Positions 19,421-28,134 of a DNA stretch of 64,000 nucleotides are shown here, in pieces; positions within the stretch are counted from its first letter, which is position 1, and each line of letters opens with the position of its first letter. Source of the stretch: a virus (taxonomy: Duplodnaviria > Caudoviricetes); the IMG/VR virus record IMGVR_UViG_3300029309_000018, positions 1,639 to 65,638 of that record. One strand, written 5' to 3'. The translations under genes and the position numbers were made by a program. The notes beneath the pieces were generated by a model. That model was not told the DNA's origin, made no database searches, and worked only from the letters and a program-made list of their open reading frames with translations.

Positions 19421-19471
19421 TCCTGTCGCTGGGGATCGTACCCCAGTTATGAAGAGACACGCGAAACAGGA
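19421..19471 (+). ncRNA. Variant type III hammerhead ribozyme
   Basis: Stem III TCCTG/CAGGA, GUC site (19425-19427), stem I GCTGGGG/CCCCAGT, core TA-TGAAGA, 1-bp stem II, GAAA; loop I CGT is complementary to loop II ACG. Confidence 0.6.
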
Positions 19472-19479
19472 GTTGCTTA

Positions 19480-19776
19480 ATGACTGCACCACAAATCACA
19501 ATCAGCCTGCCCATTCATGTTGAGCTAGCCAGACAAGTTCACAAGGCAATGAAGCTGGCCTTCAAGGTTCGCCGTGACAATCTGGAAACAAACGACAAGC
19601 CATATGCTTTGGCTCACAAGATGGCTGGCGAGTTAGCCCATGCAATGTTTGGTCTGAACAATTGGAACCCAGAAGATGCTGACCTTTGCAACAAGGTGCA
19701 TGGCTTTGCTATGGAATTGATTAGTGCTGACATCCGCGAAATCGAGAGAGCAAAAAAGGAGACTGCTAATGCTTGA
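19480..19776 (+). CDS. Early hypothetical protein
   Basis: 98 aa; AGGAG RBS. Confidence 0.7.
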   Translation: MTAPQITISLPIHVELARQVHKAMKLAFKVRRDNLETNDKPYALAHKMAGELAHAMFGLNNWNPEDADLCNKVHGFAMELISADIREIERAKKETANA

Positions 19777-19912
19777 CTATGTTTGTGATTACTGCGGCGA
19801 AGAAAATGACGAGAGTTGTCCGCTCGTTGAAAATATTAAGGGCGATATAGTCTGTGAATGTTGCATCGGGAGGGATCAAACTACCCCAAAATTGGAGACT
19901 GCTAATGCTTAA
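19769..19912 (+). CDS. Small Cys-rich (zinc-ribbon-like) protein
   Basis: Start MLDYVCDYC after GGAG RBS; CxxC...CxxC. Confidence 0.6.
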   Translation: MLDYVCDYCGEENDESCPLVENIKGDIVCECCIGRDQTTPKLETANA

Positions 19913-20165
19913 ACTTACCAAGTCAAAATCAACCGAATGGCTGGGCAATGGCATGGGTACAGCCGCCGCTGAATGGGTGGTCAAAGGCCATGAGCATATC
20001 GAAGTGCGCCAGCTTGGCTATGACTGGATGGCGTTCGATACCAGCAAAAAATTCATTGCTCACATCCTAAACGGTGTGCCTGTCATGCGTGATACACGTC
20101 TTGCCAGTGCCTACACCAAACGTGATCTGCTTGCGATACTTTCAACCAAGTTGGAGACTGCATAA
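19905..20165 (+). CDS. Early hypothetical protein
   Basis: Start MLKLTKSKST after GGAG RBS. Confidence 0.65.
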   Translation: MLKLTKSKSTEWLGNGMGTAAAEWVVKGHEHIEVRQLGYDWMAFDTSKKFIAHILNGVPVMRDTRLASAYTKRDLLAILSTKLETA

Positions 20166-20183
20166 CACATGGGGCTTTGCCCC

Positions 20184-20237
20184 AGTGTCTGTGTCTGATG
20201 CTGACACACTGATGAGCCGATAGCACGGCGAAACACT
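20184..20237 (+). ncRNA. Type III hammerhead ribozyme
   Basis: AGTG-TC^TGTGTC-tgatgct-GACACA-CTGATGA-GCCG-atagca-CGGC-GAAA-CACT: canonical core, three perfect stems, loop-loop TGCT/AGCA complementarity. Confidence 0.92.
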
Positions 20238-20260
20238 CAACCTTAATGGAGACTGCCATC

Positions 20261-20929
20261 ATGGCTAAAACTTTTATTGACCCTTTCGCGAATAACAATG
20301 TTCTTTCAACCGTTGCTGACCTTCAAGGTCAAGTGACTGCCCTACAGGCCAACAAAAAGGCCGACACTGAGGCCATCAATGGCATGGTAGTTGAGCAATA
20401 CGCCCAGCTTATACCATGCGCTATTGCGGTTGGCGTTCGCGTCACCAGCAAGGCCGGCATCAGCAAAGGCAAGCTGGTTGGCGGTGCTGATGTCATCGAC
20501 AATTTCAAGACAAGCCTGACTACCGAAGGCGGCTTCTCTGAGAGCGTCATGAAGAAACGCTATGAAAACACGATCAAAGCTATCGTGTCTTTTGGCTGGG
20601 ACAAAAACGCCACCAACCTTACCGCTGATGGAGTCAAGGCGGCATTCACTGAGGCTGGTATCACCAGTGAGGCCAAGCTTGCGGCGCACGTCAAACAGGC
20701 AAAGCCAACGTCTGATATGAGAGCATTGGCTGAAAAGCTGTTTGGCAAGTTCAATGCTGATGGCGATTTCAAAGCCAGCAAGTATACCGCTGAGGACTGG
20801 GCAGAGTTCGACAATGAATACCGCGCTCTGCGTGATGCCAGATTGGCGGCTGACATGGCGGCAGAACAGGCCAAGGTCAAGGCCGCTGAGGAAAACGAGA
20901 CTGTCGATAGTGTCGTTGACCAGTTCTAA
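20261..20929 (+). CDS. Early hypothetical protein
   Basis: Start MAKTFIDP after GGAG RBS; Ala/Lys-rich, 222 aa. Confidence 0.75.
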   Translation: MAKTFIDPFANNNVLSTVADLQGQVTALQANKKADTEAINGMVVEQYAQLIPCAIAVGVRVTSKAGISKGKLVGGADVIDNFKTSLTTEGGFSESVMKKRYENTIKAIVSFGWDKNATNLTADGVKAAFTEAGITSEAKLAAHVKQAKPTSDMRALAEKLFGKFNADGDFKASKYTAEDWAEFDNEYRALRDARLAADMAAEQAKVKAAEENETVDSVVDQF

Positions 20930-20933
20930 TTAT

Positions 20934-20957
20934 GGGGGCTTTGCCCCCTCTTTTTTT
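20934..20957 (+). terminator. Intrinsic terminator
   Basis: GGGGGC-TTT-GCCCCC then TCTTTTTTT. Confidence 0.75.
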
Positions 20958-20968
20958 GGAGTAATTAA

Positions 20969-21115
20969 ATGATTTGCCAAAACCCATACTGCGAAGAACA
21001 GGCCACCCACAAAGCGCCGCACGATGAGCATTATTGCTCTGAGTGCATCCATGAACACGTTTATGATGATTGTGACCCTGACCCATCAAAAAGCTACCTG
21101 ACGAGCGGTGCGTGA
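20969..21115 (+). CDS. Small Cys/His-rich protein (48 aa)
   Basis: Hand translation MICQNPYCEEQATHKAPHDEHYCSECIHEH...; GGAG RBS. Confidence 0.55.
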   Translation: MICQNPYCEEQATHKAPHDEHYCSECIHEHVYDDCDPDPSKSYLTSGA

Positions 21116-21152
21116 GACACACCCGAAACCCCAGCCCTGCTGGGTTCGTAGC
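21093..21152 (+). ncRNA. Type I hammerhead ribozyme (one core-adjacent mismatch)
   Basis: Stem I GCTAC/GTAGC, CTGACGA, stem II GGTG/CACC with G-C closure, GAAA, stem III CCCAGC/GCTGGG, UUC site at 21145-21147. Confidence 0.6.
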
Positions 21153-21188
21153 GTCTTGTTACATTTCAACCTTAATGGAGACTGCGTG

Positions 21189-22223
21189 ATGAAATTATCA
21201 CAAGCTAAGAATATCGTTATGGCTTCAATAGATAGCCAGATCCAGCACGCTGCTGGCCGTGATGCCCAGCGTGTTGTCCCTTACCTTATTGGCGGTGCTG
21301 GTCTGGGCAAGACCTCAATCGTTCAGCAGATTTCCGAAGAGCGTGAGCATGGTTGCTATATCCTGTCTCTCGCCCAGTTTGATGCCGCTGAACTGGCTGG
21401 CATCATTGCCTTGGTTGATGGTGAGGCCAAGCGCATCATGCCGCACTGGCTTGCAAAGATCCATGAGATGGCTTCCAAAATGGAAGCGGTATACTTGTTT
21501 GGGGACGAAGTCGTACAATCGCCGGTCAGCAATCAGAACGTGTGGGCGCAGGTAGTGAATGAGCGGCGCATAGGCGAGTTCAAACTGCCTGACAATTGCG
21601 CTATCATTGCCGCTGGCAATCGCACCAGTGACCGCGCTGGCACAAACACGATGCCAACGCATCTGCGAGACAGATTATTATTCGTACCTGTCGAAGCCGA
21701 TCTGGAAGATGTTATCCCATACTGGCTGGCTCAAAATGTCCATGAGGATGTGATCGGTTTCAATCGTGCAATGCCTCAACATCTGCACAATTTTGATGCA
21801 AAGGCTGACGTTTCATCCAGCCCACGTTCATGGGATCGTGTCAGCACCATTTTATCATGGGGCTTAGATCCGGTGTGTGAGGCTGAAGCAATAAGCGGCA
21901 CTGTGGGACGTTCGATATGCGCTGATTTCATGGGCTATCGCAAGCTAAAGGCTCACATGCCTGATCTGGACAAGATTGTCAGCAACCCTGACAGTGCGGA
22001 GATACCCACTGATGCTATGGTGCTGTATGCTTTGGCATCCGGTCTGGCTCACAAGATGAACCAATCTAACGCTGGCAATATCATCAAGTATCTAAAGCGG
22101 CTTGATCAGCAGGAGTTCGCGGCGTTCGCTGTTAAAGATGCGGTCAATCGTGACCCTGAGTTGAAGAAGTCTGAGGCTGTACGCCAATGGATCATCACTG
22201 ATGGCAAACAGCTTATCCTGTAA
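21189..22223 (+). CDS. MoxR-like AAA+ ATPase
   Basis: GGAGLGKT Walker A, LFGDE Walker B, AAGN sensor, SPRSW; start MKLSQAK after GGAG. Confidence 0.85.
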   Translation: MKLSQAKNIVMASIDSQIQHAAGRDAQRVVPYLIGGAGLGKTSIVQQISEEREHGCYILSLAQFDAAELAGIIALVDGEAKRIMPHWLAKIHEMASKMEAVYLFGDEVVQSPVSNQNVWAQVVNERRIGEFKLPDNCAIIAAGNRTSDRAGTNTMPTHLRDRLLFVPVEADLEDVIPYWLAQNVHEDVIGFNRAMPQHLHNFDAKADVSSSPRSWDRVSTILSWGLDPVCEAEAISGTVGRSICADFMGYRKLKAHMPDLDKIVSNPDSAEIPTDAMVLYALASGLAHKMNQSNAGNIIKYLKRLDQQEFAAFAVKDAVNRDPELKKSEAVRQWIITDGKQLIL

Positions 22224-22286
22224 CACCTTGGGGGGCGGCATGACCGCCCCTCAAAAGTTTCATGTAACTTTTTTGGGAGATGCACA

Positions 22287-23429
22287 ATGGATGCAAATCT
22301 AAAGATTGCCAGAGCGAAGACACAGTTGGTTATCAAGCACCCATTCTTCGGGTCTGTCGCTATGGGTCTCAACTTTGTCGAGACTGACGCGGTTCCGACA
22401 ATGGCAACCGATGGCAAGTCCATCCTCTGGAATGCCGCCTTTGTCGATAGCTTTGATCAAGATGTGATCATGGGCGTGATTGCACACGAGGTGTTGCACG
22501 TTGCTTTCAAGCACTGCTTGCGTATCGGTGATCGTGACCACAAAAAATGGAATGTCTGCACTGACATTGCTATCAATGACATCCTGATATCTGACGGCTT
22601 TCAGTTGCCGCCTGATGGCTTGTTCCACACCAGCAAGCCTGAGTGGGAGCAGTACAAAGACTGGGCGGCAGAGCGTATCTATTCGCACATGCCTGACGAT
22701 GATATGCCAGAGGACGCACCTACATGGGGCGGCGTTCAGCAGACTGAGGGTGACGATGGTCAGCCACTATCTGAGGCTGAGGCCAAGCAGATCGAAGCGG
22801 AGATGGACATCAAAGTGATGATGGCGGCTGATGCGGCCAAGGCCAAAGGCAACATCCCTGCCAAGATCGATCAGCTTGTACAGGTGATGCGGCGTTGTCA
22901 AATCGACTGGCGTGATGTCCTTAACCGATTTATCGGCGGTGATCAGCCTGACGATTACACATGGCGTAGGCCACAAAAGAATGCTTGGTTCAATCAGGGT
23001 GTATACTTGCCCAGCGTGGACAAGCTGGGTGCCGGTGATGTGATCGTCTATGTTGATACATCCGGCTCTGTATCAGGTGGCGAACTATCTCACTTCCTTG
23101 GTGAGATGAACGCCATCACTGAAGATCAGAAGCCACGCTCTGTCACGGTGATCACTTGTGATACCAAGGTTGGCACTGTTCACAGATATGAGCAAGGCGA
23201 GGTGATTGAGAAGATTGAGATCAATGGCCGTGGCGGCACTAGGGTTACCCCGGTGTTTGACTACATCGAAGATCATCAGTTGCCTTGTGACAACTTTGTC
23301 GGGCTGACTGACTTGGAAATATCTGACTTCCCCGATGCACCTGACTTTCCAGTGCTTTGGGTTTCAACCGATATCGGTAGTGACCGCGCCCCTTGGGGTG
23401 AGGTCGCTATCCTCAAAATGGGAGATTGA
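22287..23429 (+). CDS. Metallopeptidase-like + VWA domain protein (DUF2201-like)
   Basis: TMATDG, HEVLH (HExxH), DTSGS MIDAS, GRGGT, TDLE; paired with the AAA ATPase. Confidence 0.85.
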   Translation: MDANLKIARAKTQLVIKHPFFGSVAMGLNFVETDAVPTMATDGKSILWNAAFVDSFDQDVIMGVIAHEVLHVAFKHCLRIGDRDHKKWNVCTDIAINDILISDGFQLPPDGLFHTSKPEWEQYKDWAAERIYSHMPDDDMPEDAPTWGGVQQTEGDDGQPLSEAEAKQIEAEMDIKVMMAADAAKAKGNIPAKIDQLVQVMRRCQIDWRDVLNRFIGGDQPDDYTWRRPQKNAWFNQGVYLPSVDKLGAGDVIVYVDTSGSVSGGELSHFLGEMNAITEDQKPRSVTVITCDTKVGTVHRYEQGEVIEKIEINGRGGTRVTPVFDYIEDHQLPCDNFVGLTDLEISDFPDAPDFPVLWVSTDIGSDRAPWGEVAILKMGD

Positions 23430-24229
23430 TTATGACTTACACACAAGATCTGCATAAGTCTCTTGCCTTTGCGGCAGAGCAAATTGCCAAGGCTCGTAAG
23501 GAATGGGGTGCGCCCCATTCCTATATCGAGGCTCTGTCCGAAGGTCGTTCATATCGGATGGACGATGATGCCACTGAGTATAAGCGTGGCATTGAGGATC
23601 TAAGTTCAAATCTACGCAGGTCGTTTGAGGAGCATATAGAAAATCTGTGTCGGCATATCCGCAACACTCGCAGGGAGCGCAATGAGCGCAAGCCCTATGA
23701 TCCTGTTGGCAACATTGGTTCAATCGGTCTTGCCCATGCGGCTCGTGCGCTTGATTATGTGTATCAGCGCACTCGCACACAAGTTGATTTGTGCAAGCCT
23801 TCTGATGGTCAGAAGGTTGGTGTCGAGAATGATGGCGGCTCGTACTTTGAAAAGGTCTATATCACTATCGGTATCGGATGGAAAAAGCTGGTGCATGAAC
23901 GTGGTCTGGCAATCATCAATTCATCTGCTGGCTTACGCTTTGTCCTGACTGCCAAGCCTCGTACCTTCAGCCATATTGATGATGATATGACCAGAGTGTT
24001 TGAAGTCAAGGTCGTTGGCATCAAAAGCAAGAAGGGCTTTGTCGAAGATGGCTGGCTGTTAGTGCATGGTCAGTCGAGTGGTGACGCTCCGGTGTATGAC
24101 TATAAGCACGATAACAAGCTGGACGCCACCAACAACGTCCACGCCTTTCATCGTTCACTGGGTGACTGCAAGAAGCTGTTTGATCGTAGGGTCAAGGCTC
24201 ATGTCCTTAACGAGTTGGACAACGTGTAA
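23426..24229 (+). CDS. Hypothetical protein
   Basis: 267 aa ORF coupled to the VWA gene. Confidence 0.7.
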   Translation: MIMTYTQDLHKSLAFAAEQIAKARKEWGAPHSYIEALSEGRSYRMDDDATEYKRGIEDLSSNLRRSFEEHIENLCRHIRNTRRERNERKPYDPVGNIGSIGLAHAARALDYVYQRTRTQVDLCKPSDGQKVGVENDGGSYFEKVYITIGIGWKKLVHERGLAIINSSAGLRFVLTAKPRTFSHIDDDMTRVFEVKVVGIKSKKGFVEDGWLLVHGQSSGDAPVYDYKHDNKLDATNNVHAFHRSLGDCKKLFDRRVKAHVLNELDNV

Positions 24230-24386
24230 AACATTGGGGCGGCTCTGCCGCCCCTCAACTTGGGAGAGTTGTAATGGAAGATCATATTTTCTGGGTTGTG
24301 ACGATATTTTTATCGTCATGCCTTTTTTCGGCTTTTGTATTTCACTGCATAGCCATTTTCAATCTAATTAGAGAGGATTTAAAAAA

Positions 24387-24602
24387 ATGAGATACGAAGA
24401 TATGTATGATCGTCTGCTTGATGTGACAAAAGAGTTTGACGATCAGGGTGCAACACCGTTTCATGTTGCCAATGTGATGTCTAGGTTTGTGGTCGAACTA
24501 TCCTATGGCTGCGCTCCTAATCCACAACATGCAACGCATCTCTTGTTGGCCGCAATCACTGATCGTATTGAGCGTGAGGGTAAGGAGAGTGACAATGATT
24601 AG
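24387..24602 (+). CDS. Hypothetical protein
   Basis: 71 aa; GAGG RBS. Confidence 0.65.
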   Translation: MRYEDMYDRLLDVTKEFDDQGATPFHVANVMSRFVVELSYGCAPNPQHATHLLLAAITDRIEREGKESDND

Positions 24603-24966
24603 TCATAACAATGCACCGAAATTTGGTTATGCTGGATATGAATATAGGCCAGTTATTGAGCATGAGGATGAAGAGGGTGTCCGAAAGGTCACCCACTTTG
24701 TCCATCTAAACTGTGATGAAGAGCCAGACTTTGTCATTGATGCCAGCCCATACGCATGGCTGACACTGGAAGAGTTCCAGTATCACATCGACATGAAACA
24801 AGGCGGTGTCGAAAAGATAACCGAAGATCAGATACTGGACAGGTTCCCAGAACTTGGCGGCGGTTACTCTGCCGTGATTGATATAATCACAGAACTTGCT
24901 AACGGTGATTTATCGCCGGAAGAGTTTCGTAAGTTTGTTTTAACTGAGGAGACAGAAGATGCTTAG
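24595..24966 (+). CDS. Hypothetical acidic protein
   Basis: Start MISHNNAP after AGGAG. Confidence 0.65.
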   Translation: MISHNNAPKFGYAGYEYRPVIEHEDEEGVRKVTHFVHLNCDEEPDFVIDASPYAWLTLEEFQYHIDMKQGGVEKITEDQILDRFPELGGGYSAVIDIITELANGDLSPEEFRKFVLTEETEDA

Positions 24967-25129
24967 ATGGATATGCGTGTTCTGGCTGGGCGTGATGATA
25001 TGCCTAGCCGCAATCGGTTTTATCGAAGATCCGGCAAACAATGTATTTGTGGGCATCACAGTGCTATACTGTGGTGTCTTTATATTCGCCGTGGGTGGGA
25101 TCAAAATTCTTCAGAGGAGTGATTGGTAA
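24959..25129 (+). CDS. Small two-TM membrane protein (56 aa)
   Basis: Hand translation MLRWICVFWLGVMICLAAIGF...; GAGGAG RBS. Confidence 0.55.
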   Translation: MLRWICVFWLGVMICLAAIGFIEDPANNVFVGITVLYCGVFIFAVGGIKILQRSDW

Positions 25130-25323
25130 TGGATATAGAAAAAGCCAAAAGAGCCTACATGGAAGAATGCAACAAAGTTGGTGCATTGCCGCGCTTTGTT
25201 TCTTACATGACATATGATCAATACAGTGAGCAATACACTATCGGCAACACAACCGATGGTGACGTTGCTGACCTACAGCCAAACGGTGCGGTTCTGCGTA
25301 TGCACTGGAACGCATCAAAATAA
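25129..25323 (+). CDS. Hypothetical protein
   Basis: MDIEKAK start coupled by TAATG; GAGGAG RBS. Confidence 0.6.
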   Translation: MDIEKAKRAYMEECNKVGALPRFVSYMTYDQYSEQYTIGNTTDGDVADLQPNGAVLRMHWNASK

Positions 25324-25559
25324 CGAGGGGTGGTTGAACGGCTGTAGAGGAAGCCGCAAGCGTGACACGCCCCCTCAATCTCTAGTGTGTTACGCACCTC
25401 TCCAGTTTCGGTGGGTGCAATACTCCGGCGGTCTTGAGAGTGACCGGACGCCAGACTTACTGCGCTATGCGTTAAGCCCTCGCACCCTTTTGATAACATT
25501 GGGGGTAAGTAAGTTAACTCTACGAAAAAAGGGCATGTATGGCCTTTTTCTTAGCCTAC

Positions 25560-25594
25560 AAAAAAGAAAGGGGTGACCTGTCGCGGGTCACCCC
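25560..25594 (-). terminator. Intrinsic terminator for the helicase operon
   Basis: 11-bp GGGGTGACCTG/CGGGTCACCCC inverted repeat followed on the minus strand by TTTCTTTTTT. Confidence 0.7.
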
Positions 25595-25661
25595 AGTTTC
25601 TTGGGAGGAAATCATAATGTAATCATGATTTTCCGAAAGTTACATCTAACTTTTTTATACG

Positions 25662-25958
25662 TCAACTACTATCATCAGTTCCGATTTTTTGACGCTCTCC
25701 AACTATCTCTGCCATCACGGCAGAATATCCTGCCTTATCAACGAGACTATCCCAATGCTCAGGCGTGTTGCAAAGCCTCGCCGTTTTAACAGCATCCATA
25801 CACAACGCCGCTTGCAGTGGTGTTATGTCAGTGTCGAGTATGACGCTCCACAGTCTCGCAATCCTAGAAAAATTATCCAGAGGGGTTCCATATTTATCGC
25901 CCCTCTCATCTATTGTTTTTGTTGCTTCCTGTAATAATTCTTTTCCCAGCCTGTCCAT
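25662..25958 (-). CDS. DUF6378-like protein
   Basis: ERGDKYGTPLDNFSRIARLWS...KTARL...HWDSLVDKAGY. Confidence 0.7.
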   Translation of the reverse strand: MDRLGKELLQEATKTIDERGDKYGTPLDNFSRIARLWSVILDTDITPLQAALCMDAVKTARLCNTPEHWDSLVDKAGYSAVMAEIVGERQKIGTDDSS

Positions 25959-27739
25959 CAGAACGGTGTTTCGTATTCTGGCTCTGTCAGATCAGCAAAT
26001 GGATCGTCACGCTCTGCCGTGTATGTCGATGTGACAGGATTAAAATACAGGCTTGTCTTGCCCTGTTGCCCCACCCATGAAAAGCGGCACTTCCAGATAT
26101 GCACTTCACTTTCGTTGCATTCTGGATCTGGTCTATGCACGGTTAGACCAACATCAGCTTTCGCAAACCATGCCGCACTTCCCGAAATATCATACCCCTT
26201 TGGCGCAGGTACGTTACCATTTGCGTCACGCATCATTTTTGTCGGATGCGCTACAAACCACAGATGGATGCCATGTGACTGAGCGAAAATCCTCAGCTTG
26301 GTCAGCATGTCTGATATCCAGTCTGTCTCCGGCACATCTCTGTTTTTTGATATGTAGTTGTATGGATCGATGATCGCGCCCTTGATGCCGTTTCGCATCA
26401 CTGCAATCTTTAATCTTTCAATGATACCGTCAACCGTGGCCATCGAACCGTCTGCTTGATACACAAACGAGAAGTGTTTCTGAATAAATGACTTACCCCG
26501 TTCCAATTCACCTTTGGTCATTCTTGGGGTCATGCCCTCAAAAAACGGTTTTTCAAAATATTTCGATATCAGCTTTGCTATATGCAATCGTGGCTCGTTC
26601 TCAAACGAGCATATGCCAAACTTCCAATCGTGCCTAACGGCCAAATTTACCATCAACTGGTCAATCAGTTCCGACTTTCCGCATGATGGATGCCCAGTGA
26701 CCACGGTCAGTTGCCCCTCTACGATACTGTAGAGTTCGTCAAGGTTTGGATAGCCCGTTCCGAGACCCTTTGCCATGCCATGTTCGTAAATATCGTCCAG
26801 TTCTTTATAAAAATGCGATGCGTCATACAAACCAGCTACAGGCCACGGCTTACAGAATGCAGTTATGTCATTTAATTTTTTCTTGCCATGTTTGATAAGA
26901 ACGTCATTAGCGTCCTTGCAATCATCTGGGTACTCAATCTTCCAGCATCTGTCGCGCCCGATGCGTCTGGCTATTTCTTCTGCCATAGCCTGACCGGCAC
27001 TGTCTGAGTCGGTGGCAATTATTATTTTGTTTGCCTGATCTATTTCGTGTTTAGCGTCCCATAAAAATCGAAACTTGTTATCTTCCTCCGGGGTAATGTC
27101 GTTATCAACAACTTTCATCACCGCGCCGTTAGGAACCGAAACCACGGAGTTCCATCCTGCCTCGACAAACGAGCAAGCATCTATCTCGCCTTCACAAATA
27201 ATGAGATCACCTTCAGCCTCCACGTTATCGATATTAAAAAATGATTGTGGGCTGCCGTTGCATGAAAAACCTTTATCACACAAACTTCGTATCTTCGCCG
27301 CGTAAGATTGTCCTTGATTCTTATATGGGAACACCACGCATTCTGTTTCTTTATCGACAGAGCGGATGTATGTGTTGGACGTTTTTAGTTCTAACTTTAA
27401 TGCGGTTTCTTTTGATATCCCGCGAGACTTCAGCCAAGCTATTGAATTTGCAGAAAGTTCCATGTAACTTTCTTTCGGCACAACTCTCAACTGTCTTCTC
27501 CTTAACTGAGTCTCTGGCTTTTCTAGCTTTACTTTTCCTGTCTCTTCACAGTGATGACAATGATACAAAACATGGTCGCTCTCGACATTTATTGACAGGT
27601 CTCTCATGCCCTTCTTTTTTCGTAATGAGGAGCATGACGGACACTGTACTCTGTGTTGCCCAGAGCCAAGTTTATACGCGGTACTAATAAGGGAATTTTC
27701 TATTTTCATGATTAGGTTCCTCCAAGAACACATAGACAA
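25958..27739 (-). CDS. Primase-helicase (T7 gp4/Twinkle-like: Zn finger, TOPRIM, SF4 helicase)
   Basis: CPSC...CHHC Zn finger, CEGEID TOPRIM, DSDSAG, TGHPSCGKS Walker A, IIDPYN, VAHP, ISGS; true start may be 27709. Confidence 0.9.
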   Translation of the reverse strand: MSMCSWRNLIMKIENSLISTAYKLGSGQHRVQCPSCSSLRKKKGMRDLSINVESDHVLYHCHHCEETGKVKLEKPETQLRRRQLRVVPKESYMELSANSIAWLKSRGISKETALKLELKTSNTYIRSVDKETECVVFPYKNQGQSYAAKIRSLCDKGFSCNGSPQSFFNIDNVEAEGDLIICEGEIDACSFVEAGWNSVVSVPNGAVMKVVDNDITPEEDNKFRFLWDAKHEIDQANKIIIATDSDSAGQAMAEEIARRIGRDRCWKIEYPDDCKDANDVLIKHGKKKLNDITAFCKPWPVAGLYDASHFYKELDDIYEHGMAKGLGTGYPNLDELYSIVEGQLTVVTGHPSCGKSELIDQLMVNLAVRHDWKFGICSFENEPRLHIAKLISKYFEKPFFEGMTPRMTKGELERGKSFIQKHFSFVYQADGSMATVDGIIERLKIAVMRNGIKGAIIDPYNYISKNRDVPETDWISDMLTKLRIFAQSHGIHLWFVAHPTKMMRDANGNVPAPKGYDISGSAAWFAKADVGLTVHRPDPECNESEVHIWKCRFSWVGQQGKTSLYFNPVTSTYTAERDDPFADLTEPEYETPF

Positions 27740-27784
27740 TATTGATCTGGAGAAGCCATGTCAACAACGCTGTTTGGCGGTATA

Positions 27785-27826
27785 TATTATAATATAATAT
27801 GATTATAATATATTAAGATTATAATA
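27785..27826. repeat. Three (T/G)ATTATAATA repeats at 16-bp spacing upstream of primase-helicase
   Basis: Copies at 27785, 27801 and 27817. Confidence 0.75.
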
Positions 27827-27828
27827 TA

Positions 27829-28134
27829 CTACCTTTCCAATAACTGCTTTATTTCTCTTCCCTCTTCCCTTGCCTCCCCACCTTTACCAGACAAAATTTT
27901 GTTAAATATTTTTCTCATCTCGAATATATCCACAAAAGCAAAATCACACACGGTTCTAAAATCATTAGAGGCAATCCATTCCACAACGGACTGCCTCTGT
28001 TTCTTGTCATTCAGATACGCATCTGAGATAGCTTGGGATAGAACCTGTCTCCAAAGCCGACACTCTGATGACTGCTCTGGGTCTGTCTCTGTCAAGCCCC
28101 CAGTAAATATGCTTCTGCTTGACCTGTCTGTCAT
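27829..28134 (-). CDS. Hypothetical protein
   Basis: ECRLWRQVLSQAISDA...DFRTVCDFA; 5' end overlaps the RusA-like gene, start uncertain. Confidence 0.55.
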   Translation of the reverse strand: MTDRSSRSIFTGGLTETDPEQSSECRLWRQVLSQAISDAYLNDKKQRQSVVEWIASNDFRTVCDFAFVDIFEMRKIFNKILSGKGGEAREEGREIKQLLER

